Assembly (NCBI GenBank): GCA_951406725.2
Contig: OX597824.1
Span: 59,520,001 to 59,584,000 of the forward strand
DNA length: 64,000 bases
Source of the DNA: Octopus vulgaris
Lineage: Eukaryota
Direction: 5' to 3'
The stretch's first letter is position 1; every line of letters starts with the position of its first letter. The notes under the pieces are model-generated. The model made no database searches and was not told where the DNA came from. It was given only the letters and a program-made list of their open reading frames with translations. The translations under genes were made by a program, and so were the position numbers. Positions 13,000 to 26,817 of the stretch are shown here, piece by piece.

Positions 13000-14860
13000 A
13001 ATCAATGACAAACTCCAATGGAAAAGAAAGGATGCAGAAGCAAAAGCCGAGTGACAAAAGACTAATTTCTGATAGACAGAATGGTACTGAACGACTGTAA
13101 GAACAGACTTATTAATCAGGGGATGGCGTGAATCGATTATAAGAAAGCGTATGACATGGTCCCCCATTCCTGGATTTTAGAAAGTACTGGAGCTGATAAA
13201 TGTGTCTGATAACATCAAATTTTGTCAGGAGATAATCAATGAAAAACTGGAATACAGAGTTATCTTCACGTTAAAAATGTTTTGCGAGGGTTACCATCAA
13301 AAGAGGCATATTTCAAGGAGATAGCCTGTCACCATTGCAGCTTGTGATATGTATAATACTCCTCACACAGATACTACGGAAAGTGACATCAGAGTACACT
13401 TTGAAAAGTGGAAGAAAATTAAATCATCTGTTATATATGGGTGACTTAAAGATCTTTGGGAAAACCGAAAGTGAAATAAATGACCTAGTTTTAAACAGCG
13501 CAGATATTCAGTAAGAATATCGGAATGGAATTTGGGATAAAAAGTGTGGTATGCTTGTAATACAAAGAGGCAAAGTAGTATCGTCTGATGGCGTAGAGCT
13601 ACCCAACGGGGAGAAAATAAAGGATGTATAATGAAGATTTTGGAATACGACAAAATCAAGTGAAATTAAGGAAATATTTAGGCGAGAATATCTGAGAAAA
13701 AACATATTAATTATGGAAATTAGGTTCGATGGAAAATATAAGATCAGGACAATGAACACACAGGCTGTTTACTTAATGCGATATGGTGTAGGCGTTGTTG
13801 GGTGGGCAAAGAACGAACTTAAGGAAATGGACAGGAAAACCAGAAAAGTTATGACAATTAACAAGGAACTGCACCCCAAAAGTGATATTGACAGATTGTA
13901 CGAGCCTAGGTAGAGGGGAGGAAGAGGTCTCATAGAATGCAAGATCTGTGTCAACGAGAAGAATCGTCTAGGATAGTACATCAAGCGGCAAAGTGAATCC
14001 TTGCTTGCCACTGTTAGAAAATGTGATGCACCCACAAATATTTAAGAAACGAGGTGAAGAGATGAAGAAGAAAGAGTAAACAATTACAAAATGAAATCTC
14101 TGCATGGGCAATACCTCCGCGAAATTGAAGGAAACGACAAGATCAACAATTGGAAATGGCTAAGAAAATGTGATCTGAAAGGATGCACTGATGCATTGAC
14201 ATGCACCACTCAAGAATAAGATCTGAGAACTAATTACACTAAGTTCCAAATAGATAAGAGTAGCCAATCGCCCCTTTGTAGGATATGTGATTATGTTCGT
14301 CCACTGGAGGCTATGTGGGCCTGAACAGAGCACGGAAATGGAATCACTGAGAATAAGGAATATAAGATACTGTGAGATTTTGCAATTCATGTAATTCCCT
14401 AATTGATGCACAGAGACCAGATATTGTTGTGGTAGATAAAGGAGGAAAAGACAAGATTATAGATATTGCAATACCTGGGGATGCACGCATAAGTGACAAA
14501 GAACTAGAAAAATTGAAAAGTACAGACTACTAAAAGACGAAATTTCAAGAATTTGGACTGTGGGGAGTGTCATTCTAGTAGCTGTAGGGGCACTCGGAGC
14601 ACTAACAACCAAGTTCGAGAAAGATGTCAAACAAATCGTAATTGACGAGAAAGCAAAGCAAATCTAAAACACTGCTCTGTTGAGGACAGCTAGGATTGTG
14701 AGATTGGTACTAGAAAGTTGAATATCCATAATCAAGTATTAAAGCTTATAATGTGCGGAAAAAGACCCTGTGAGATCTCTGACAGTAGGATGATGTCCAC
14801 TCTAACATAATCTACTAGAACAAACAAGATCGAACGTCTTGAGAAGCAAGACAATAATAA
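13000..14860 (+). mobile_element. Decayed Dong/R4-like RLE LINE
   Basis: IDYKKAYDMVPHSWI, RGIFQGDSLSP, ELHPKSDIDRLY, RPDIVVV and DIAIPGD motifs; TAA tail. Confidence 0.88.
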
Positions 14861-14882
14861 TTATTATTATTATATTAATTGT

Positions 14883-15092
14883 TTCAAATTTTGCTAAAAG
14901 TATAGCTTTTGGAGGGAGGAGATAAGTCAATTACATCGACCCCAATAGTCAATTGATACTTTATTTATCGACCCTGAAATAAATTAAATGCAAAGTCGAC
15001 TTCGACGGAATTTAAACTCAGAACGAAGTGACAGGCGAAATACTGCCAAACATTTCGTCCAGTGTGCTAACGATTCTGCCAGCCCACCATCC

Positions 15093-15093
<1 letters not shown>
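14883..15093 (-). mobile_element. SINE (family of 3678-3902)
   Basis: Reverse-complement similarity to 3678-3902. Confidence 0.75.
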
Positions 15094-15180
<87 letters not shown>

Positions 15181-15182
<2 letters not shown>

Positions 15183-15439
15183 GACCTACTGAAAATATAA
15201 AGACCTACTGAAAATATAAAGACCTACTGAAAATATAAAGACCTACTGAAAATATAAAGACCTACTTGAAAATATAAAGACCTACTGAAAATATAAAGAC
15301 CTACTGAAAATATAAAGACCTACTGAAAATATAAAGACCTACTGAAAATATAAAGACCTACTTGAAAATATAAAGACCTACTGAAAATATAAAGACCTAC
15401 TGAAAATATAAAGACCTACTGAAAATATAAAGACCTACT
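15181..15439 (+). repeat. 19-bp minisatellite AAGACCTACTGAAAATATA, 13 units
   Basis: Direct count; units 5 and 10 carry an extra T (96-bp higher-order period). Confidence 0.95.
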
Positions 15440-15810
15440 CATTGAAATTGAGAAAATGTGGCATCTCAAGCCGGTTACAATACCAGTGATCGTAGGAGCA
15501 CTAGGAATGATCAAGAAGGGAACCGAAAATTATATGAGAATGATTCCTGGCTTACCATCCCTGCAAGAAGTGCAAAAGATTGTCTTAACTGGTACATCAC
15601 ACGTATTGAGAAGAGCATTGTCGATGTGAGAACTGTTGCTGCTCATGTATTTTAATTAAAAAAAAAAATGAACGAACTACTGAGTTTGGTTTAATGGCCT
15701 ACCAATGTATACTATGAGTTTCTTTGCCCTAGGAGTCGGGAAGACACTCGGCAAGAAATGGAAGCAAATTTTAAAGAAGAAAAAAAAGTAATAATAATAA
15801 TAATAATAAT
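15422..15810 (+). mobile_element. Short 3' end of a Dong/R4-like LINE
   Basis: Frame reads KYKDLLIEIEKMWHLKPVTIPVIVGALG...RALSM*; 3' UTR and (TAA)n tail; (TAA)n also upstream at 15093-15180. Confidence 0.9.
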
Positions 15811-16799
15811 CTCCGCGCTGAATAACTAATATAATAACATCGGTAGAATGGGATAAGAAAGCTGTGGAAGACTTGAAGGAAGCGGTCAATTAACGAAGAT
15901 AATCACAAAAACGAAATTTTACTGCTATACAAAGCACAGTTTCTCCTATTCACGATGTCTCAGTGAAACATGTACGAAACACACACGCGAAAGCAACACC
16001 GGAAAGTTTACAAATTATAAAATATAAATGGAACAAGACAGTAAGTACATAAATTGAAATTACACATACATTCAAATGTCTACATAATCAAATATACATC
16101 TGAATACCTATAGGACTACGCATACATCCCAATGTTTACTCAACTACGAGAAATTTACAAGACATACATACACGCGTAAGAAAACACGTGTTAGAAATGA
16201 AGCGAAAACAAACAAACAAAAAACTATCTGTTATCTTTTGAACTAACACAGAGTGAAAAATTCATAATTTTAAAAACACCACAAAAAATTTGCCCGGAGA
16301 TAAGTCTATCAACAAAAAAAAAACTATAAACGAATACAGATTTGTTAGCCTTAAGAAGCTACGTTACGAGCAATGTTTACATGCAGAGAACTCCGAGGCG
16401 GTGTTGTCTCAAAAGATTAATTCTAAACAGACATATCCGTCCCCTAATGTTATTGTCCAAGCTCATTATGCCTCAGTGATAATAAAGCAAAATACAAACC
16501 GGAACGGTCGTCAATCGGAACACCAAGGACTACGTACTCGAATGATCAACCAGGTTCTATACGGAAAATCAGCGAGTGGTTCAAATCTTCCCGAAACACA
16601 GGAGTCGGAAGTAGCCGGAATATTCCAACAGATGGCCATCAATGTCATAATTAAATAACCAAAAGAAAAAGAATGAAAAATGGTCTAGGAAGATAATAAA
16701 GAAGTTCTTACGGCCTTCTACCATGCCATCTATTTCTCCACAAATTAATCTAATACTGTACAAACCTACTCAAACTGGAGACAGAAACACTTTGGAGTA

Positions 16800-19700
16800 A
16801 GACCCTACATAGATGATTCTTGTCATAGATGATTTTTGTCTTCCGCTTTTCGTCCATTACCTTTTCGGGCGTATCTTGGTACCAAGCACCCGTAACCTCA
16901 TATACATATTTACGGCATAGTAGCCAGTGGAGGTTTTGGGCTACTTTGTCTTGTCTACGCGTGTACTCTTTCTGCGCAAGACTTTCACAAGCACTAACAA
17001 TATTAGTCACAATTTCGACCCTCTTCCCATACATTCTGCAGAGGTCCAATGCACTTGTGTGGTATATATTCTTTTTCACGGTGTTGGTATTCAATACCTG
17101 GTCCTGGGCAGCGATGATTAGGCTTTCAGTATTCTTTTTTAAATCACCCTTGTTCAGCCACCTCCATGATGCTTGCTGGTTTTTTAATTTGTTAGTTTCA
17201 CGGTGGAACTGACCATGTAATTCCATACGGAGTAAGATTTCTTCTCTCTGGTCGGCTGTTCCTGTTCGAAATTATTGAGCACTCTCAAGTCCATTTTCGT
17301 TAACTCCTGCACTAGCAGGTCTTCTTTGCTGTATCAGGTCTTCTGATAGTGCACCCATCCTGAGATGGACACAAGCGGAGATTGACCAACTCGATTGCAC
17401 TACCCTAAAGACAATGACAATGCATGGTGCCCTCCACCCTAAGGCAAATATACACAGGCTCTACATGAAGAGAGGTAAGGGTGGGCGTGGGCTGATTAGC
17501 GTACAGGGAGTGCATCAACAGTGAAAGAAGAAACATAGCAGAATATTTAGCAAGATCTCATAAAATGCAAGATCTGTGTCAACGAGAAGAATCGTCTGGG
17601 ATAGTACATCAAGCGGCAAAGTGAATCCTTGCTTGCCGCTGTTAGAAAATGTGATGCACCCATCTCAGGATGGGTGCACTATACCGGAATACAGCAACAG
17701 CCCATATGTTGATGGCAGTCACAAGGCTTCTTGAGTTGAGCTTCGATTTTAAGAGAAGTTTGAGGCGCTTCAAATATGCAGTGGTGACCTTGTATTTCAT
17801 TTCTCTGTGCAAGATTTGGTCCAGCTCCAGGATCCCAAGGTACTTGTACCCATCATCATCCGAATCTTCCATTCTTTCTCCGTTTAGCAATTCCATACCC
17901 CTACAATTTACTCTTTTCCCCCACTTCAGAGTAAGCACTGCACTCTTTGAGATACCGAATTCCATCCCTATATCCTTGCTGCACATTTGCACAGTCTCGA
18001 CCAGCCTCTCCATTTCAGGTTCTGTTCTTGCGAACAATTTTAAATCATTCATGGTTGGGACGAGGTCCGTTCTTTTTCAGATCATAGTGCACGTTGAGTT
18101 TTCGTAGGTTTACAGAAAGTGTGATCAAGGCTATAACAAATAAAAGAGGTGAACAAGAGTCTCCTTGGAAGATACCTCTTTTAATTGTTACCTCGGCTTA
18201 GTGCTGGTTGTTACAGGAAAAATACGTTTTCCAACTAGGTATTCTGTTCTTAATCAGTGCACATATGTTCTCAGTTACTCCACACATGTCGAGTGTTTCC
18301 AAAATCTACGAAGGCGTCAACATGTTGTAAGCCTTTTCGAAGTCTATCCAGGCCATGCATAAGTTTTTTTGGTACCGTTTACAGTTCTTCATTATAACCT
18401 TGTCTATCACAAGGTGATCCTTGGTGCTTCTGGATCCTTTTCGGCACCCCTTTTTGTTCTACTGGCAGAAGATTGTTTTCCGCAAGGTACGTATATATTT
18501 CCCCTGCGAGGGTACCTGTCAATACTTTCCATAGGAGGTCAAGACAAGCAATGGGTCGGTAATTGCCAACTTCATTGCCTTTTGACCGATCTTTCACTAA
18601 CAATGTTGTTCTTCCCTCAACTGTCCACTCAGGAACTGTACCGCTCAGTAGGCAATTATCTAATTGCAACGCAATTGTCTTGTGTGTTGACCTAAACCAT
18701 TTGAGCCAGTAGCCTTGAATTCCGTTTGGTCTTGTTGCTTTTCAGTTTGGCAGTTTTGATATCTGTGCAAGGACATCTTCCGCTGTTATGCGCACATGGT
18801 CCAGTTGTGGAGCCTCCGGGTGATGGAATTCGGATCTCACAGAATGAGTACACACAGCTCTGTGGTTGTGCGAAACGTTTTGCCCCCAGATGTTATTCCA
18901 GAATTGGCGATTTTCTTCTGCTCCAGGAGTTGATTTACCTTCTGTATTTCCCCCTAAGCCCTCTAGTTGTTTGAGAATAACTGGTTTTGCTGGAACCGCG
19001 ATATGTGGTCAGTGTAGCGCTGCACCTTTAATGTTTTAGCCCGCAAGCGTTGTTTTATGGTTTCGTTGACAGTTTTGAACTCTTTCTTTTTTAATTGGTA
19101 CCCCATCGCTTTCAATTCTCCGCTTCCAACATGGCTCCTTCTTTCTGTCTATTTTCTTTCCAACCAGCTAACCTACTAAAATTGAAGCAGATCTGATCAA
19201 GTCCCTTGTTTCTGTTAGATGTTTTGTCAGAATATGTTTCGGAATCTCATCAACTTTTTGGGTCGCGCGTTTAACATTGTTATGGTCGAAGCTTCTTAGA
19301 TTCACTGGCTTGGTCTCTGTTCTTGTAATTCTTAAATCTTAAAGTCTTTTCCTGAAATTTCTCTGTTCCTCAGTCATATCCTCTCTTATTTCTGGCTTTT
19401 CTACATTATATTGATAGGCTGGCCTCTCATCCACTAAAACTTCACCTTCCCTGGTCTTCACTGGTCTTCAACTACTTTATTCTCCTCGAGATTCTCACCA
19501 CTCTAGAGGCTTTACCTGATTGTCTGAATCTGGACCTCATTAAGAAAACCTCTATTCCGAAATATTCTTATTTGATTCATGAATCCATTTTCAGTCATCA
19601 GGAACATACCCAGTTGGTTCCAAAGTTCTAATGATCTTTTTCCAGCAACATTACATTTGCCATTGTTCTTGTCTAGCAAAGCGTGTTCATGGCACTGGAT

Positions 19701-20400
19701 CGGCTTTTTGTTCATATCAACAGACGACTTGCGTTTTCAAGCACATTGCATAATTTGACCAGTACAAGTACTGTGTCTTGTAGAATGGCTAGCAGTTGTT
19801 GGATTACGACCGGGCCCACCTGGGTACCTGCCGAGAGTAGCACCTTCACTATTGGTTCTAGTCCCGTTTACACCCTTATCGTCATTTATTTTTCTTGGCA
19901 TTTTCATTCACGAATGAGTTGTATTTTTAGGTTACGATCAACCGGTATTTTTATCAAGACACCATCCCTATCGAGGTAATCCACCAAGGTGGTAGGATCT
20001 TTGCTCCCCTGATTTGGGGCTTGGAGTGTTCCTTCTCCTAAGCTGCCCGCTACCCAAGGCTAACGAGGACAGCTTACCCGGAGCATTCGTTATTCAGAGG
20101 CGCCAGATACTCGCCTTTTTCCAAACTTCTATTGGTTTCGCGTAGGAGTCGGGCTTGATCACTGTGTCAAAGAAGTCTTTTCCACACCAGTTTTGAAATC
20201 AGAGTATTCCTTCTCCTAGACAGACTGCCAACCAAGGGCCACGAGTTCTGTCTACCCGTTTTCGGAATGGCCATTGACTCTTTTAAGTTCCTCTGCCCTT
20301 TGCCGGGTTCTGTTTTAGTCCCGCAGGGTGTCGAAAATCCACCCTTCTCACCAGCAAGCTTAGTGGGGTTGTCGGTTTAGTCGCCGATGACTCGACGGTT
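16800..20400 (-). mobile_element. Near full-length decayed Dong/R4-like RLE LINE including 5' UTR, with an internal inversion
   Basis: Minus-strand ORFs: NYRPIACL, MNDLKLF, FGISKS, YKYLG, HGQFHRE, AAQDQ; GC-richer 5' UTR at about 19950-20400. Confidence 0.88.
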
Positions 20401-20587
20401 TCACAGCTCCACTTGTTAAATCATTCTGGGTAATTATTGTTCACTATTATAATTTCCGTATTACTACTATAATCCCTATCTTATTATTTACTTGTTCACT
20501 GCTATAGTTTCACAATTATCACTATAATCGTACTTTTACAATAATTCCGAGGGGTCATAATATTGTTTCCCCTGATTTGTTTAGACA

Positions 20588-20741
20588 AGGAGTGGCTATG
20601 TGGTAAGTAGCTTGCTTACCAACCACATGTATTCGGGTTCAGTCCCACTGCGTGGCACCTTGGGCAAGTGCCTTCTACTATAGCCTCGGGCTGACCAAAG
20701 CCTTCTGAGTGGCTTTGGTAGACGGAAACTGAAAGAAACTC
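20588..20741 (+). mobile_element. tRNA-derived SINE, 5' half
   Basis: GGAGTGGCTATGTGGTAAG A-box, GGGTTCAGTCCC B-box. Confidence 0.85.
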
Positions 20742-20868
20742 AAAGTTTTAGTAAGCATAGAAAGTACTAGAAGAAGCTCACTCATTTTTTGGCGGGGAAC
20801 TGTTAAGTAACCACGTCATCGTCTGAATGATTTCAGTAGCACTGAGAACCCATTGGAAGAAGAAGGAA

Positions 20869-20918
<50 letters not shown>

Positions 20919-21029
20919 GAAAGAGAAAGGAGACGAACAGGGAGGCAGGAAAGCTCACCAAAATTCCGGCGTGTGGGCCAATTTATGTATAGGACAAGTT
21001 GGGACTATCTATCATACCTAAGATAATTA

Positions 21030-21080
<51 letters not shown>

Positions 21081-21732
21081 GCATTCATTTACATGAGTTT
21101 ATTTCGTATCTAGACAAAATGGGTGACAGTAAGAGGCATTTTGGAAACAAGACCACGACATGAATACATATTACCTGACTTCGCATGTCTTAATTTACTC
21201 ACACACACACACACTCACACACACACATACATAGACACAAACACACAAGCACACACACACAGACACACAGACACACAGACACACACAAACACACACGTAC
21301 ACACACACACACATACATATATACATACATACATGTATGTCTGTATATAATATAAGCTGAAAGGCGTTTGCTAAATATTTTTTGAAGAAACATGTCACAA
21401 AGTAAGGAATATAATTTTGATGGTCTCTTTACTGATCTTATACAATTCGGAAAATTTCAAAGACTTCAAACTTTTGTCAGTTTAATAACATGGCTGCTGG
21501 TTTCTTTTACATTGCTACAAGTTGTCTTCTTGGGTAAGCTGTGATTTACAATTCTTGGTTATTTATTTTTTTCTTTTTGGTGTCAGAACTAATTTACTGA
21601 AATAAAATGGTTTTGCCTTTCCGTATATATATATATATATATATATACATCGCTGTTTTTTTTTTTATTATTATATATTAGTAGAGATACCCGGTGTTGG
21701 TCAGGATTAAAATGGCATAGCTTTTTATAGTT

Positions 21733-22027
21733 TTACTTGTTTCAGTCATCTGACTGCAGACATGCTGGAGCAGCGCATTTAGTTGAACAAACCGACCCCA
21801 TGATTTATTCTTTGTAAGACTAGTACTTATTCTATCGGTGTCTTATTCCGAACCGCAATGTTAAGGGGATTTAAACACAGCAGCATCGGTTGTCAAACGA
21901 TGGTGGGGGTACAAACACAGACACAGCCACATACAAATATACATATATCCACATATATACGGCAGTTTACTTTCAGTTTCTATGTACGAAATCCACCCAC
22001 AAGGCTTTGGTCACCCTGAGGCTATAG
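21733..22027 (-). mobile_element. SINE (family of 5690-6097)
   Basis: Sequence similarity to 5690-6097 and 32712-32970. Confidence 0.8.
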
Positions 22028-22043
22028 TATACATATATACATA

Positions 22044-22107
<64 letters not shown>

Positions 22108-22139
22108 CATATATATACATATATAGACATATATACATT

Positions 22140-24985
22140 TCTCTCTGCTTTCTTTCTTTTCTTTCCTTTTTCTATTTGTCCCATCTTCTTCGCCTTTATT
22201 TTCTGCTCCTACCGCTTTTTTTATCTAGTTTTTTCGAGCGATAGTTTTTTTGTTGTTGTTTTTCGAACGTTTGTTTTTTTCCCTTTTTTCTCTCTTTTTT
22301 CCCTGTGGACTCCTGCCCCCGGCCAGTTCCTAGCAGTGGATCTTTTCGCAGGTGCCTGTCAGCGTGCGTTGGAGCGGTTCAACTTCTCCAGGCGCCACCG
22401 CCGCCTCAACATCTCCCCGGCTGAGCTCTCGGCTCTTCGTTCCCTCCAACGGCGCGCTGACATTATCATCAAACCGGCTGACAAGGGTGGAGCTGTGGTG
22501 GCATGGCGCGCGGACCTCTACCCGGCCGAGGCGCTCCTCCAACTCAATGACACCTCCTTCTACTCCTCTCTGTTCTCTAACCCCACGCTTAGCTACTAAC
22601 AGACGGTATCCTCTACTGTCCACGACCTCATCTCGTCCTCCTGTCTCCCCCACACCGCATTGAACCTCATTGTCCGAACCCCACGCATCCCCACCATTTA
22701 CTTCCTCCCCCAAATCCACAAACCCAACAACCCTGGCCGCCCCATCGTCTCCACGGAGCTTATCTCAAAATACCTCGACCGTGTCCTTGCCCCCCTAGTG
22801 GCGTCTCTTCCTTCCCACGTCCACGATACCAACCATGCTCTCCGGCTTTTCAACTCTTTCTCCTTTCCTCCCGGCTCCTCCAAAATACTTTTTACAATGG
22901 ACATCCAAAGCCTCTATACCGTCATCCCTCAAACGAAGGACTGCGGGCACTTCAACACTTTCTCGACGTCCGCCTCAACCCCGAACCCGACACCTCCACA
23001 CTCATTCGTCTGGCCGAACTTGTCCTTTCTCTTAACTCCAACTATGCGAACCTGTTCGTTGGCTATGTTGAAGCCCAAATATTCTCTAGTTTCACTGGTC
23101 CCACTCCCGAACTATACGGTCGTTACATTGACGACATTATCGGTGCCACCTCACTCTCCCGTGAACATCTAGATTCCTTCCTCTCTTTCGTTCAATCCTT
23201 CCATCCTGCCCTCCACATCACCTCCACTATCTCCAACACCTCTGTCTCCTTCCTCGACATTTCGGTCAGCATTCATCACTCCATTCTTACCACCTCCATT
23301 CACTACAAACACATAGACTCACACTCATACCTAAACTTCTCTTCCTCCCACCCCAAACACACCAAGCTTTCCATCCCCTATTCCCAATTCCTCCGTCTAC
23401 GTAGGCTCTGTAGTGACGACCATAACTTTGAGACTCACTCTCAACTCATGACTCGCCACTTCATCCTACGTGGATACCCCCTCTCCACTATTCACACCGC
23501 CCTTGCCAGAGCACGTTCCGTAGACCGTGCATGTGCTCTCTCCCCCCGAACCCGCCCTTTTCCCCTCACTTACCACCCCACCACCTACCTCTCCAACGCA
23601 CCATTCTTCGAGCTTTGCGGCATCTCCAGTCCGACCCGTCCACTTCACACCTCTTCCCTAACCGACCCCTTCCCTCCTTCAAACGATCCCATAACCTACG
23701 AGACCTCTTGGTCCACAGCTTCTTCCCTGACCCTACCTCCCAACCTGTCTCGTTCCCCTGCTCCCGCCCACGTTGCCGCACTTGCCCTTACCTCTCCAAC
23801 ACCACCCTCCGCACTGGCAACCATCATCGACCCTATCGCATCATCAACTCCTTCACCTGCACCTCCAGCAATATCATCTATTGCGTCTCCTGCTCTCTCT
23901 GCCATTCTCTGTACATCGGACAAACGGGACGCCGCTTGGCTGATCGGTTCGCGGAACACCTCCGTGACATCCGCCTTGCCAATGACACACCGGTCTCACG
24001 CCATTTCCGCTCCACCGGTCACTCCTTGGAACATCTGTCTGTGTTCGGATTGTCCTTGCACAGAGGCCATCCGGATTCCCGCTTGCGCCGTGAACAGGGA
24101 TTAATCTTCTCTCTTCGCTCTTTTACGCCATTTGGTCTCAACTCTCCCCTCTTTTCATCTAACCTCCCCCCGACTCTTCAGTCCTTCATCTTTTCACCCC
24201 TACTCTCTTTCACTCCTCTTCCCTTCTTCCCTCTTCTTTCCCCTTTCTTCTTCCCTCTTCCCCTTCTCTCTTTCTCTGTGCTCTCTCACTCCCATTCTCT
24301 CCCCCTCTCCTCCTTTCCCCTCTCCTCCTTTCCCCTCCCCTCTTCCCACCCCTCCTCTTCTCCTCTCCTTTCTTCTCCTCTCCCTCCTCCTCCCCTCCCC
24401 CTCATCTCTCTCCCCGCCCCCTCATCTCTCCTCCCTTCCCCTTCCCTCTCCCCCTCATCTCCTCTCTCCCATCCCCCTCATCTCTCTTCCCTCCTCCTCT
24501 CCTCTCTCTCTGCTCTCCCCCTTTCACTCTCCCCACAACCCCCACTCTACCCCAACCCCAGCCGGACCCACACCCCACATGGGCTTTCCCCACTCTGGCC
24601 CCCCACCTCCCCACAACATCACACCACACTACACTACACCATACGACACTACACTACACCATGCGACATTACACATCACATCATACATACATACACACGT
24701 CCAGACCACCAGCCCTCTTTCATACGCACATACATACTCTCTTATACACACACGCACCCTTAATCAGAACGCCATGTTGAATCGTTAGCTCCTGCACGCA
24801 TTTTTTTTCTCTCCTTGTTTCTCTCCTTGTTTCTTTTCTATGTATCTTTCTGTCGAAGAGCGTAGGCTCGAAACGTAAAAGACTTGTTTTATTTCTATTC
24901 CTGAGCGCCATACTAATATAATTATTTGTTTGTACTCCACCTGCCTTCGTCTTTTGTTTATTTTCGTAAGCCTTAAACCTTCCCG
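22140..24985 (+). mobile_element. Penelope-like element (RT + GIY-YIG), 5'-truncated and frameshifted, with 3' pseudo-LTR
   Basis: IIIKPADKGG, IHKPNNPGRPIVS, MDIQSLYT, RYIDD, SIPYSQFLRLRRLCS, CSRPRCRTC, NIIYCVSC..LYIGQTGRRLADRFAEH; the Q..G..MG segment is deleted near 23040; strong C/T skew; between (TA)n arrays. Confidence 0.93.
24845..24882 (+). ncRNA. Hammerhead-like motif with variant core CUGUCGA in the Penelope pLTR
   Basis: TCTTT-CTGTCGA-A-GAGC-GTAG-GCTC-GAAA-CGTA-AAAGA. Confidence 0.6.
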
Positions 24986-25578
<593 letters not shown>

Positions 25579-26817
25579 TAACAGAAAAAGTACAGTGCGG
25601 TGGCGGCCCGGATGAACTGACCTCACGGGCCGTATTTCGGTGACCCCCTGCTCGAGATTTATCTTTCAGTTTAATGTTAAATTGTTTATCTTATATAACT
25701 TGACATAAAAACATACATTAATAATCTTATAATTGTTCTGTATGCTATTGTGTTACTTAATTCGTCGGTAACGCATTCTTGTGAATAGAGAAAGCGAGAA
25801 AGAAAAGAGAAAGAGAAAGAGAGAGAGGGGAAAAGAGGGAGAGAAAGGCATCCATGCTGTGATGTAATTGTAACTCTTTCATGTGATTAGTTGAGGGGAA
25901 AGAGAGGAGAAAGAAAAAGGAGAGAAAGGAGGATAAGACAAAGAGTGAGACAGAAAGAGGGAGAAAGAAAAAGAGGGAGAGAGAAGCGTCCGTGATGCGA
26001 GGTAGGTGGAGTGTAATATTTAGTACGTGGTGAGAAAGTAAGTTCAATGTAGAGGAAGAGAGTTACAAATATAATTTTAGTAGAGGGGGAATGTTCTGAT
26101 GGTGAGGTTAAGGAGAGGCAGGGAGAGAGGAGAGAGAGAGAGAGATGATGATGGTGGTGGTGATTGGATAGTGAAAAGTGTAATTTTTTTTTTTATTGAA
26201 CTAAGTTTCTAATTTCACCAATCACTTAACGCATGCGCATAAGTGCAATTCGTGAAATATTCACGATTATTTACGTGTCAGATATATGCAATTCAACTAA
26301 AGGTTGTATCGTATGTGTGGGATTTTCTTTTTGTTTGTTTATGGGGGAAATGGGAAAATATGAGTGAATATTTATTGTATGAGCGCTGTGTATTAAGTCT
26401 ATAAAATGGTGTATAAAGTGTATATATAAAGTGCATTAAGTAATCATCGCATTCTAATTGCGTTCACTTTTCAATGAGTAGCAGATAAGCGACTGTCTTT
26501 CCATACATACATAGCCAAGACTATGCTTTCAGATTTTTTTAATAAAGTTTTCAGAAATAAACGAATAGATTTGCCATTCTTTCCGTGAAATATCCACGTG
26601 TACCGCTAGTACATAGATATACACAGACACACACACATACGCGTATGTGTGTGTCTGTGTGTGTGTATATATATGCATATATATATGTATATATATAAGC
26701 ATACATGCATGTATATATATGTGTGTGTGTTTGTCCCCCTACCATCACTTGACAACCTATGTTGGTGTATTTACGTCCGTGTAAATCGGCAAAATAGAAT
26801 GCGCTTCGCATTGTTTT

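Noticed and set aside
15181-15439. Regular short repeats resembling a CRISPR array
   Set aside because: No unique spacers; the unit derives from the adjacent LINE; eukaryotic context and no cas genes.
21678-21712. Helitron-like 3' hairpin/CTAG on the minus strand (similar hint near 26610)
   Set aside because: Degenerate, and no matching 5' end could be defined.
24140-24760. Pro/Ser/Leu-rich extension of the 410-aa ORF
   Set aside because: C/T-rich low-complexity 3' region of the Penelope element, read through by frameshift.
25590-25650. hAT-like terminus ..GGTGACCCCCTG
   Set aside because: Only one end is visible; no partner TIR or TSD.
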